Source of the DNA: Macrostomum lignano
Taxonomy: Eukaryota
NCBI GenBank assembly: GCA_002269645.1
Contig: NIVC01002294.1
Location: 122,099 to 186,098, forward strand
DNA: 64,000 nt
Direction: 5' to 3'
A model generated the notes under the pieces. That model saw only the letters and a program-made list of their open reading frames with translations. It had not been told where the DNA came from and ran no database searches. The position numbers and the translations under genes were made by a program. Shown here piece after piece: positions 22,453-33,960 of this stretch (position 1 is the first letter of the stretch; each line of letters starts with the position of its first letter).

Positions 22453-23435
22453 AGCTGGGCCTGCGCCTGTATGTCCAAGGCCCAGTAAACTGAGGCAAGG
22501 AAAGTATTGACTGCCACTACTTTGAGTAGTGCGAACACGCCTACGCAGGATTAGTAGGCAGGAGATCCGTGTGCATTAAAATGAACACAAGAGCTCGAGT
22601 ATCCTGTGCTTGCAGCGACTCCCCGACTGAATGAAACAATGAAAAGCGATTTTCAAATTTCTGAAATTATCCTGAAATAAATAAATAGTTCGCGAATCAA
22701 CTCAGGCTTTCGTCACGCTTGAGTAGAAATCCAGAATTATCAATTCAATTAATCGTCAGACTCAGTTGCTGAGCAGGCAGTGCCTAAATTTAAATTCTAT
22801 TTGCGCGAGAGCATGAAATTCTCGTGCCGGTTTTCCTGCCATTTTCCGAGCTTCCCTTGTCAAGAACAGATCTCTGGGAATGTTTATGTGTTTTCAAATG
22901 ATGCTTTAACGAACTGTTGAATGAAGACAACCATCTGCAGAACTCCCACTCAACTGTCCGCATGAGGAGCCTTCGATTTCTTAGAAAGTCTTCCCGCATC
23001 TTCATCTAGCAGTTAGAGATTTCATAATCGAGGTTTAGATTGACGTTATTTTCTTAGCAGACGCTTCTTGCCGGTTTTCACCATAAAGTAATCGTGATTG
23101 ACTCATAGCTTTGAAGAGTTTCTTACACTGGGAAATAAATCCCTGTCTTCATTAAAAGCCTCATTAATTTTTTAATTGAAATTTCTTCACGTAAGACACG
23201 CTCGAGCAGAAGCAGATGAAGCTAAGAAAGAGGCGGATTGCTTTTTAGTCCAGAAATCATTAGCAAGTGGGGAGGCTGCAGTCGGGTGGGCTGGAAGCCC
23301 GCCCCCAGAATCCTCACCCCCTCATCTGTCTGGAGGCTGCACAGCAAACGATGAATCTGCATAATTCATTTTGCTGCACTTTTTCGGCCGGGAAGCGAGC
23401 TGGCTGAGTGCTTGGCGCGCCCGCTGAGCACAGCT

Positions 23436-23830
23436 TTAATCCCTGCGGCAGGTGGGAGCGCCAGTTCATCTGAGGCAGCTGGGGATTTCAGTAATCTGTT
23501 TGCTGTGCCAGCTTCAATCCCTGCGGCAGGTGGGAGCGCCGGTTCATCTGAGGCAGCTGGGGATTTCAGTAATCTGTTTGCTGTGGCAGCTTCAATCCCT
23601 GCGGCAGGTGGGAGCGCCAGTTCATCTGAGGCAGCTGGGGATTTCAGTAATCTGTTTGCTGTGCCAGCTTCAATCCCTGCGGCAGGTGGGAGCGCCGGTT
23701 CATCTGAGGCAGCTGGGGATTTCAGTAATCTGTTTGCTGTGGCAGCTTCAATCCCTGCGGCAGGTGGGAGCGCCAGTTCATCTGAGGCATCTGGGGATTT
23801 CAGTAATCTGTTTGCTGTGGCGGCTGCCTC
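23436..23830. repeat. 78-bp tandem repeat x5
   Basis: Period 78 (ccctgcgg at 23441 and 23519). Confidence 0.93.
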
Positions 23831-23901
23831 GGCATGCGCGCTCAGCTGATGCGGGTTGCCCTTCAACTGTGCACTGAATGACCCCGCCGCCACCCGCGCA
23901 G

Positions 23902-24242
23902 ATCATGGACTCCCTGGAGGACTGCTTCAAGTCGCTGGAGGCCTACACTGGAGAGCTCGTGCTGCAGGTGTCCTGGGCCTGCCCGCAGTCCAACCAGGAG
24001 GTGCCGCTGTCGGGCTACCGGGTTCTGGTGGACGGCCGGCAGTACGGCTCGGCGCTGCATCAGGGCATGTCCAGCGTGCGGATCAAGCTGAGCACAGACC
24101 GGCCCAGTCACGCAGTCAGCATGGTGGCGCTGTGCGAGTCCCAGGGCACACAGTCACCGGAGAGCAACGTAGTCGAGGTGCTGACAGACCCGTTCCAGCC
24201 CATGGCCTTCTACTGCATTCACGAGGTTCACTGCGGAGAGAA
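23902..24242 (+). CDS. L e23: last FN3
   Basis: LQVSWACP...SGYRVLVDG...SPESNVVEVLT; phase 0-2. Confidence 0.88.
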
Positions 24243-24261
24243 GTGAGTCCTGTTACTGAGA

Positions 24262-25512
24262 AGTCGAGTTGCTGAGTCTAGTTGCTGAGTCTAGTTACTG
24301 AGTCTAGTTGCTGAGTCTAGTTACTGAGTCTAATTGCTGAGTCGAGTCGCTGAGTCGAGTCGCTGAGTCTAGTCGCTGAGTCTAGTTGCTGAGTCTAATT
24401 GCTGAGTCGAGTTGCCGAGTCTAGTTACTGAGTCTAGTCGCTGAGTCTAGTCGCTGAGTCTAGTCGCTGAGTCTAGTCGCTGAGTCTAGTTGCTGAGTCT
24501 AGTCGCTGAGTCTAGTCGCTGAGTCTAGTCGCTGAGTCTAGTTGCTGAGTCTAATTGCTGAGTCTAGTTACTGAGTCTAGTCGCTGAGTCTAGTTACTGA
24601 GTCTAGTCGCTGAGTCTAGTTGCTGAGTCTAGTTGCTGAGTCTAGTTGCTGAGTCTAGTTGCTGAGTCTAGTTGCTGAGTCTAGTAGCTGAGTCTAGTTG
24701 CTGAGTCTAGCTGCTGAGTCTAGTTGCTGAGTCTAGCTGCTGAGTCTAGTTGCTGAGTCTAGTTGCTGAGTCTAGTTGCTGAGTCAAGTTGCTGAATCTA
24801 GTTGCTGAGTCTAGTTGCTGAGTTTAGTTGCTGAGTCTAGTTGCTGAGTCGAGTTGCTGAGTCTAGCTGCTGAGTCTACTTGCTGAGTCTAGTTGCTGAA
24901 TCTAGTTGCTGAGTCTAGTTGCTGAGTTAGTTGCTGAGTCTAGTTGCTAAGTCTAGTTGCTGAGTCTAGTTGCTGAGTCTAGTTGCTGAGTCTAGTTGCT
25001 GAGTCTAGCTGCTGAGTCTAGTTGCTGAGTCTAGTCGCTGAGTCTAGTTGCTGAGTCTAGTAGCTGAGTCTAGTTGCTGAGTCTAGCTGCTGAGTCTAGT
25101 TGCTGAGTCTAGCTGCTGAGTCTTGTTGCTGAGTCTAGTTGCTGAGTCTAGTTGCTGAGTCAAGTTGCTGAATCTAGTTGCTGAGTCTAGTTGCTGAGTT
25201 TAGTTGCTGAGTCTAGCTGCTGAGTCTAGTTGCTGAGTCTAGCTGCTGAGTCTACTTGCTGAGTCTAGTTGCTGAATCTAGTTGCTGAGTCTAGTTGCTG
25301 AGTTTAGTTGCTGAGTCTAGTTGCTAAGTCTAGTTGCTGAGTCGAGTTGCTGAGTCTAGTTGCTGAGTCTAGTTGCTGAGTCTAGCTGCTGAGTCTAGTT
25401 GCTGAGTCTAGTCGCTGAGTCTAGTTGCTGAGTCTAGTAGCTGAGTCTAGTTGCTGAGTCTAGCTGCTGAGTCTAGTTGCTGAGTCTAGCTGCTGAGTCT
25501 AGCTGCTGAGTC
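24262..25512. repeat. 13-bp VNTR gctgagtctagtt
   Basis: About 96 copies. Confidence 0.96.
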
Positions 25513-26591
25513 GGGCCAGAGTTCGCCAAGTCAGGCCCCTCTGCGCACTGAAGTTCAACCGAAACGAAGTGAGAAGTTAACTTGGGTGACTTCTGTTTAT
25601 TTTTGCGAATGCTGCGGCCTGGGCAATCAGGGAAATCAGGGATTACGGGAGGGCTCAGCTAGCAAATCCCCCTGTAGGAACAATGGCGAAGAAGGCGGCA
25701 GGGTCGCTTCGCGATCAGCGGCTGCCCAGCTTTCTAGGAAAAGCAGCTCCTTCGCCGCAAGCTGGCGCCGCCACAGCCGGCTGTGAATGATCCCATAGGC
25801 ACAATGGCTCTGAATGGGAAGATATCCCCCTGCTCTCCGAGGCTCTCTGCCTGTCTTGTCTCCCGATCCCCTGCACGGAATTCCTGTCAGGCAGCGGCCG
25901 CCCCTGGGGGCCTCCCGCAGTCAACTCGCATTAGCGTCGCACCCCGCAGCGTCCACCCTCTGAGGCTGTAGGAAATCCCGAATTTGCTTTGAGTGCCTGA
26001 GCTGGCTGCAGCACAATGGGATGTGGGATACGCAAATTGGGGCTTGGGGAACTGGCAGCCGGGAGTCCCAGAGAAGCGCGAATTACGACAGGAAGATGGC
26101 GGAACGGGCAGGCGGCAGTGTCATGGGGGGGGGAATGTCGCCTCGTCCGCGATGCCATTTTTGGCGGAGGCCGTCAGAGGAAGCGCGCGTTTTGCTGCGT
26201 CATTCAGGCGGCTTTGGCGGAAGGAAGGAATTCGTGCGAGGCGCCTGGCATTCATTTCTGTGTCATTCTTGTGAAGCTTTTCAGTTTGAATAGTGAAGCC
26301 TTTTCAGGGCGCTGAACTGAACCAGATTGATCAGCGCTGCTTGTTGGGCTGAAACTGCTTCTAATGCGCTGGGCAACTCTGGAATCTGGAATGCGGCTGA
26401 GGCTGATGGGAGAGAGGGTGAGAGAAGAGAGGGATAGAGGGAGACAGATTAGATGAAGATTAGATACATATGAAAAGATAGAGAGAGGGACAGAGGTGGA
26501 TAGATTAGATACAAGTGATGGAGAGAGATGGGATGAAACGGCAGGAGTCTGAGCACTGTCTATCCAAGGCTCCGCACCCCCGCTGTCGCAG

Positions 26592-27001
26592 GTGGCCCAA
26601 GAAGGGCTGCTGCCTGTACCAGGAGACGCTGGCGGTGGAGCGCCGCAACTTCCTGAACTACTACAACCCGGGCTTCCTCAACCAATTCGTGCCGGCCCCG
26701 GCCGCCCACGTGCAGCAGCTGCCTGGCGGGGAGCGGCAGCGGCTGTTCCCGCCAGGCGGCCCGAAGAGCGTCACGCTGCTGTGCTTCTGGACCGCTGCGT
26801 GCGTGGCCTCCATCCGCTACGTCAAGTTCTTCGTCCGCCTGGCCGCCGAACTGCGTAGGCAATTCGACTTCGTTGCCATAGCAACGCAGCGGTTCGACAA
26901 TGCGCACGAGCGGAGCGCCCTGCAGCACTGCATCAAGGAGCTGGCGCTGGAGACTGACGGACTCACCCACGTCTATGCTGTTGACCGGGTCAAAGGGTCA
27001 A
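26592..27001 (+). CDS. L e24: thioredoxin-like domain, N-terminal half
   Basis: VTLLCFWT..CVAS...FDFVAIA; donor A|gtgagt; phase 2-1. Confidence 0.82.
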
Positions 27002-27510
27002 GTGAGTCATCGGGCAGGGGGCTTAAGTGAGTCATCGGACAGAGCGGTGGATCAAGGGAGTCATCGGGCAGGGAAGTGGGTCAAGTGAGTCATCGGCAGG
27101 ATAGTGGGTCAAGTGAGTCATTGGGCAGAGAAGTGGTCAAGTGAGTCATTGGGCAGAGCGGTGGGTCAAGTGAGTCATCGGGCAGAGCGGTGGGTCAAGT
27201 GAGTCATTGGGCAGAGCGGTGGGTAAAGTGAGTCATCGGGCAGAGTGAATCATCGGGCAGTGGGTGGGTCAAGTGAGTCATCGGGCAGTGGGTGGGTCAA
27301 GTGAGTCATTGGGCAGTGGGTGAGTCAAGTGAGTTACCGGGCAGAGTGAATCATCGGGTAGGGGTGGGTCAAGTGAGCCATTGGGCAGAGCGGTGGGTCA
27401 AGTGAGCCATCGGGCAGGATGGTGGGTCAAGTGCGTCATCGGGCAGAGCGGTGGGTCAAGTGAGTCATCGGCAGGGCAATCCAAGGAGTCAGCAGGTCAA
27501 AGTGAGTCAT
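26995..27510. repeat. About 29-bp VNTR gggtcaagtgagtcatcgggcagagcggt
   Basis: First unit overlaps the e24 donor. Confidence 0.9.
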
Positions 27511-27904
27511 TCAGGTGCCTGAGCCAAAAAGTGCCACTGCAACCCCATGCTGACCCAAGTTTGCAAAATGTGGCACCCAATTTTCCAGTGCCGAAAAAAG
27601 GCCGCTCTCGAGCTGGTGAGTTCGGGCTTTGAAAAGTCGTCACACATCGGTGTTGTGCTCGGTGTACTTTAGCTCTACTCAGCAGTCGGCTCTTGTGGCT
27701 GACTGCTCCTTCAGCTGCTTATTGAACTCAGATGAAGCATCTCACCTTTCACCACCCCGCATTTATGGCGTGAATATTTGTTGTGCAAACGCGCTCAGCC
27801 AGGAGTCTTTGAATAGGGCTGCGATCTGATCGATTTCACAGGCTCTACTGTAAAAGTTTGACACAAGCTCAAAAGTGCTGTGCGAGTCTCTTTCCTATAG
27901 TGCG

Positions 27905-28530
27905 GGTCCAGAGCTACCAGACTGCAATGTCCTTCACCCTTGGCGCCCAAAGCTACCAGACTGCAATGTCCTTCACCCTTGGCGCCCAGTGCTACCAGAC
28001 TGCAATGTCCTTCACCCTTGGCGCCCAGTGCTACCAGACTGCAATGTCCTTCACCCTTGGCGCCCAAAGCTACCAGACTGCAATGTCCTTCACCCTTGGC
28101 GCCCAAAGCTACCAGACTGCAGTGTCCTTCACCCTGGCGCCCAAAGCTACCAGACTGCAATGTCCTTGACCCTTGGCGCCCAAAGCTACCAGACTGCAGT
28201 GTCCTTCACCCCTGGCGCCCAAAGCTACCAGACTGCAATGTCCTTCACCCTTGGCGCCCAAAGCTACCAGACTGCAATGTCCTTCACCCTTGGCGCCCAA
28301 GCTACCAGACTGCAATGTCCTTCACCCTTGGCGCCCAAAGCTACCATCAGACTGCATGTCCTTCACCCTTGGCGCCCAAAGCTACCAGACTGCAATGTCC
28401 TTGACCCTTGGCCCAAAGCTACCAGACTGCAATGTCCTTGACCCTTGGCGCCCAAAGCTACCAGACTGCAATGTCCTTCACCCTTGGCGCCCAAAGCTAC
28501 CAGACTGCAATGCCTTCACCCTTGGCGCCC
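27905..28530. repeat. 39-bp VNTR cccttggcgcccaaagctaccagactgcaatgtccttca
   Basis: About 16 copies; ends at the e25 acceptor. Confidence 0.95.
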
Positions 28531-28534
28531 GCAG

Positions 28535-28609
28535 ACGATGAGCCGATGTCCACCGCCGAGGCCTTCCACATTGTTGGCGTGCCATTCTTTGTGGCTGTGC
28601 ACTCCGAAG
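28535..28609 (+). CDS. L e25: thioredoxin-like domain, cis-Pro region
   Basis: AFHIVGVPFFVAVHSE; phase 1-1. Confidence 0.8.
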
Positions 28610-28695
28610 GTAAATTATTAATTAATACGAATTCAATTTTATTCAGCCGTTGCCATGGCAACTGACGCTCTCTCGATGCCCCTCCTGCTCCGCAG

Positions 28696-28836
28696 GCTAC
28701 ATCGCCTGGCGCGGCCGGTACTGCGCCCTGGACTACAGCAGCTTCGAGGAGGAGATGAGCCAGGTGCTGCGCTCTGTGAAGGACAAAACCCGACTTGACG
28801 ATCAGCTGAGTGTGGAGAACGGGCAGCCGGCTGTGG
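28696..28836 (+). CDS. L e26: end of thioredoxin-like domain
   Basis: GYIAWRG...FEEEMSQVL; G|gtgag. Confidence 0.8.
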
Positions 28837-29048
28837 GTGAGTTCGGGCTCCCCGGCTAGTGAATGAGTGTTAAAGTACAACAGGGCAAACTTCAGACACA
28901 AGCAAAAGTGCAGGATTAAAAATTGAGCGCGTGAACCAAATACAGCATTTTAAATTGCATACATAAAGAAGGCAAGTAAAATGAGTCACAAAAGTACAAA
29001 AACAAAAGTACACATTTACAATTACAAGCATGGAAGCGGGAAAAGTAC

Positions 29049-29359
29049 NNNNNNNNNNNNNNNNNNNNNNNNNNNNNNNNNNNNNNNNNNNNNNNNNNNN
29101 NNNNNNNNNNNNNNNNNNNNNNNNNNNNNNNNNNNNNNNNNNNNNNNNNNNNNNNNNNNNNNNNNNNNNNNNNNNNNNNNNNNNNNNNNNNNNNNNNNNN
29201 NNNNNNNNNNNNNNNNNNNNNNNNNNNNNNNNNNNNNNNNNNNNNNNNNNNNNNNNNNNNNNNNNNNNNNNNNNNNNNNNNNNNNNNNNNNNNNNNNNNN
29301 NNNNNNNNNNNNNNNNNNNNNNNNNNNNNNNNNNNNNNNNNNNNNNNNNNNNNNNNNNN
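29049..29359. other. Assembly gap (311 N)
   Basis: Run of N. Confidence 1.
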
Positions 29360-29900
29360 AATAGACAGTTACAGCAGAGCCTGTAGTCTGTAGATAGACA
29401 GTTACAGCAGAGCCTGTAGTCTGTAGATAGACAGTTACAGCAGAGCCTGTAGTCTGTAGATAGACAGTTACAGCAGAGCCTGTAGTCTGTAGATAGACAG
29501 TTACAGCAGAGCATGTAGTCTGTAGATAGACAGTTACAGCAGAGCCTGTAGTCTGTAGATAGACAGTTACAGCAGAGCATGTAGTCTGTAGATAGACAGA
29601 CACAGCAGAGCCTGTAGTCTGTTGAATGTAGTCTGTAGACAGACAGACACAGCAAAGCCTGTAGTCTGTTGAATGTAGTCTGCAGACAGACACAGCAAAG
29701 CCTGTAGTCTGTTGAATGTAGTCTCAGACAGACAGACACAGCAAGCCTGTAGTCTGTTGAATGTAGTCTGTAGACAGACAGACACAGCAAGCCTGTAGTC
29801 TGTTGAATGTAGTCTGTAGACAGACAGACACAGCAGAGCCTGTAGTCTGTTGAATGTAGTCTGTAGACAGACACAGCAAAGCCTGTAGCCTGTAGACAGA
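29360..29900. repeat. 33-bp VNTR atagacagttacagcagagcctgtagtctgtag and variants (spacer)
   Basis: Abuts the gap. Confidence 0.92.
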
Positions 29901-30744
29901 AACTCAGCGCCACTGTCAGCCCCAGCTGGGAGGTTCACAAAAATTCTGAAAAAGGAAACTCAATCTCGCAATGCTGCCGCAGCATCCGATGATGAAGTTC
30001 CAACTTGGGGGCGAATTCGAGGCAGTTTTGCATCTTTCATTTTATCACTCTTCAATTTCGATCCGGCATTTATGACTGAAAAGTGCGGCTTGCGGATCTG
30101 CAACCCCCGGCATCCCGCAGAAGCTGGAACAGACGGCAAAGAGGGGCAGAGATTCTTCTTTCGGGCAGGGGGGAGTTGCTGCAAGCGGCCAGCGGCTGAA
30201 TGACAGGCAGAAAGCAGAGTGCGTGGGAGAAAGTGGGACGGGGGTCAGCAGCTGCGGCCGATAAGGCGGCAAAAGCTGCACCCTCTTATCGCTGCGGCTG
30301 GCAGGGCTGGGCAGGGCTGGTGAGGCTGTCAGGCGGCTGCCCTGCTCAGGGCTGACTGCGCACCGTGCTTGACTGATTGAGGAAACATATCGGCAGTAAT
30401 GAAGTCGCATCGCGTGTGCAATACCGGGAGGCTTTGTGAGGCATTGACTTCCCGGCTCCGTCAGATCCCATTATCCCACTTGTCCTTCATCTCTTCGGCT
30501 TCTTGTAGGATTCTGGCGGTCGGGGAGCCAGCAGGAGCAGCTGACGGCCGGTCACACGGCAGCCTCGGACTGAAGTCCTTCGAGGCAGCGGATTGGCGAA
30601 CTTTGCCTCTCACTGCCTTTCTGGTGCTCCGGTTTGCACCGGCCTGCTCTCCTCCCCAGTCTCCTTCCCTCATCATCGTGTCAATATTTTTCCACTTATA
30701 ATCCCCTGCTGTCAGCTTCCCCCGTCTCCGGCACCATAACCCAT

Positions 30745-31790
30745 CACAAACCGTCTCCCCCTCCAAATATCCCCCATTATCTCCATCAACTTCTCCCCTC
30801 CAAATCTCCCTCATTATCTCCATCAACCTCTCCCCCTCCCCATATCCCTCATTATCTCCATCAACCTCTCCCCCAATCTCCCTCATTATCCTCATCATCC
30901 TCTCCCCAATCTCCCCCATTATCTCCATCAACTTCTCCCCCTCCAAATCTCCCTCATTATCTCCATCAACCTCTCCCCCTCCCCATATCCCTCATTATCT
31001 CCATCAACCTCTCCCCCAATCTCCCTCATTATCCTCATCATCCTCTCCCCAATCTCCCTCATTATCTCCATCATCCTCTCCCCCAATGTCCCTCATTATC
31101 ACCATCATTCTCTCCCAATATCCCTCATTATCCCATCATCCTCTCCCCCAATCTCCCTCATTTATCTCCATCATCCTCTCCCCAATCTCCCTCATTATCT
31201 CCATCATCCTCTCCCCAATCTCCCTCATTATCTCCATCATCCTCTCCCCAATCTCCTTCCTTATCTCCATCATCCTCTCCCTTCCAAATCTCCCTCCTTA
31301 TCTCCATCAAATCTCCCTCATTATCTCCATCAACCTCTCCCCTCCAAATCTCCCTCATTATCTCCATCACCTCTCCCCAATCTCCCTCATTATCCTCATC
31401 ATCTTCTCCCCAATCTCCCTCCTTATCTCCATCATCCTCCCCAATCTCCCTCATTATCTCCATCATCCTCTCCCCAATCTCCCTTATTATCTTCATCATC
31501 CTCCCCCAATCTCCCTCATTATCTCCATCATCCTCTCCCCAATCTCCTTCCTTATCTCCATCATCCTCTCCTCCAATCTCCCTCATTATCTCCATCATCC
31601 TCTCCCCTAATGTCTCTCATTATCTTCATCATCCTCTCCCCAATCTTCTTCATTATCTCCATCATCCTCTCCCCCAATGTCTCTCATTATCTCATCATCC
31701 TCCCCCAATCTCCCTCATTATCTCCATCATCCTCTCCCCAATCTCCCTCATTATCTCCATCATCCTCTCCCAATCTCCGTCATCATTCGA
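30745..31790. repeat. CT-rich minisatellite of about 33 bp (spacer)
   Basis: cctcattatctccatcatcctctccccaatctc units. Confidence 0.9.
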
Positions 31791-32884
31791 TCCTAATTTC
31801 TCCCAATCTCCCTTTCCGCACCATCGGCCCCTCCCAGTTCTTCGCATTTCACCTAAGCGAAAGGTTTAAATTTCCACAAGTTGCGCCACCCTCGCCAAAA
31901 AGCCTCACCCTGCTGCGGCCCCAGCCTCCAGGACCGGCGTCTCTCTCGCCGCAATTTAACGACCACGCTCGTAAAGCAATCGCCGTGCCGCCCCTCCCCC
32001 TTTCCAGACCTCGTAATGGGAGGCCTCTGAGACGGCAAGCAAAGGCTTGGTGTGTTGACGCAGGGAAGACGGATCAGGGGTCTGGGGTGGGCAGGTCAAT
32101 AAACAGTTTGGCCCGGCACCAGCCCCCCCACTCCAGTCAAGCCGCCACCCAGGCTGCGGGCTGCACAGGCGCGGGCAATTCGGGCAGACTTTTGAAGGGC
32201 GCCGATTCTTTCTAGGAAATGCAATGCCTGATTATTCATTTCTGCACTTTTCGTTCCTTCAATCATAATTTATTGCTGGACTTTTTCTTGGATAGTCATA
32301 ATCACTGCAATTTGTTTTGGATAATCATTATTTATTACTGAACTTTAGTTTAGATAATCATTATAGCACTTTAGTGTGGCTAGTCTTACTTACACAATTA
32401 CGATCATAACTCATAATTATTTAGAATTTCAGAGGCCAACAGCTCATTCTAACAACATTGGAAACTCAAAAGTCAAAGCAATGCCACTGGCTGATACATT
32501 TTGGCTGTGACGGAAGGAATTTTTTGTTTTCTTATAAAAATCGATAAAACAGTAACTGAAGAATCATTTATTTCCAATCAGCTGTTCGACTCGGGTTTCA
32601 AGAGATCAAAAAGAGCAGCGCGCACTTTGGTGCCGCGCCGAAGTCAAAGGTGAAAGAATCAAAGTTAGCGCAAAACAGGTTTAAAATATTCGAAAATCTG
32701 TTTTTGAGTTCTGGGCCGGTGATGCAGGAGAGGAAGAAAGGGGGATTCTGAGGTGCAGCTGCATTTCAGGCGGTGAAGGAAGCTGGGCATAAATAGTCAG
32801 CAGTAAAGTCGGCATCATCAGCCAGAGAGAATTAACAACTCGGCAGCGAATGTTAAAAAAGTAGAAGCACAAAAATAAACACAG

Positions 32885-33135
32885 GAATCAGACAATAAAC
32901 ACAAAACTCATTAACACACATTAAACACAAGCTAACAGACAATAAACACAAAGCTCATTAACACACATTAAACACAAGCTAACAGACAATAAACACAAAA
33001 CTCATTAACACACATTAAACACAAGCTAACAGACAATAAACACAAAACTCATTAACACACATTAAACACAAGCTAACAGACAATAAACACAAAACTCATT
33101 AACACACATTAAACACAAGCTAACAGACAATAAAC
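32885..33135. repeat. 47-bp repeat x5 (spacer)
   Basis: cagac at 32889 and 32936; each unit contains AATAAA. Confidence 0.9.
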
Positions 33136-33736
33136 ACAGCCAAAGGTGATTAAACACACACATCTGAAATCAGCAGCACAATAAACACAAACCAGCACAA
33201 TAGAACCAGAGTTAAACACAAGGCTAAACACAACTGCCAGCCGAAAAGCAGGAAATGAACGCAAGACAAATATCAGAAAAGTTAGTGGTGGGTGCTGGGG
33301 TGTCGCAGCGGCACATGCACTGCTGCAGTGACGGCCGAACCCCATTGTATCTCATTCGGGCTTCCAAGTTCCCAAGCAAATTTTTACGTTGCTTTTAGCG
33401 TGGAAATGAAAATGAATTCCAGCAGGTGGGAGGCCGGCGGCAGGCTGCGAGCTGCCGCCTCTCGCTTTTCGAGTGAAAATGACCCCCTCAGGGGGTCTCG
33501 CCGCTGATGCAGGGGAGAGTCTGGCCTCCCGCTCTGCGGGTTCGGTCTGGCCAAGTCTGGGCTTCGGCACGGCGGAAGAGCTGAGAAAGCGGAGAGGCAG
33601 AGAGAGGAACGCCAAGCAACTACGGGTAAGCAAAGCAGGTGGACTGTTCGGGGCGAAAACAAGCAATTCTACGTGTCTGGGGGGGGGTCAACAGCGGTAC
33701 GTCCTGGGTGCATTGTTGTGACCGTCAGCCGGTTCT

Positions 33737-33960
33737 TCAGTCCCGCTTGACGGCAGAGCCCGAGCGCCGCCTTCGCTGAGAGGCGCCTCCGCCGCTGCCA
33801 CCCCCGCCGCCCCCGCCAGAGGCGGACGCGGAGCTCGGCCGGCCGCTGTAGGGCCGCGTGCTGATGCTGATCTTGGCCGGCGACTGCTTGGACGGCCTGC
33901 GGGATCGGGGAAGTACAGCGGCCAAATTGAAATCCCAGCCCAGCTCCTGCTTAATCCCCA
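33737..33960 (-). CDS. R e27: terminal exon, S/G/R-rich tail with stop
   Basis: gagcag|TG GGG ATT continues phase 1 from e26: VGIKQELGWDF...KRD*. Confidence 0.7.

Larger units (their letters stand above)
91..28836 (+). other. Gene copy L span (exons e4-e26): cupredoxin-like repeats, CHB_HEX_C-like, about 16 FN3, thioredoxin-like; 5' exons and terminal exon not seen
   Basis: 23 exons joined with consistent splice phases; a few 1-bp frameshifts relative to copy R. Confidence 0.85.
1..29048 (+). repeat. Left arm of giant inverted duplication (probably continues left of window)
   Basis: Position 1 pairs with 60844 (ORFs 27..368 and 60477..60818 are identical); 29048 pairs with 34117; paired ORFs occur throughout; arm ends at the N gap. 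Confidence 0.97.

Noticed and set aside
22455-22484. Possible extra mini-exon LGLRLYVQGP
   Set aside because: e22 joins e23 in phase with a continuous helical sequence; weak donor
25517-26382. Possible hAT-like element with CCAGAGTT inverted ends
   Set aside because: Only about 8 bp match and no target-site duplication
6893-28530. CRISPR-like appearance of regular repeats
   Set aside because: Head-to-tail units with no unique spacers, no cas genes, eukaryotic intronic context
30634-32215. 411-aa Pro/Ser-rich extensin-like ORF
   Set aside because: CT-rich minisatellite
33479-33497. Small perfect hairpin gaccccct-c-agggggtc
   Set aside because: 8-bp stem is expected by chance; no supporting context
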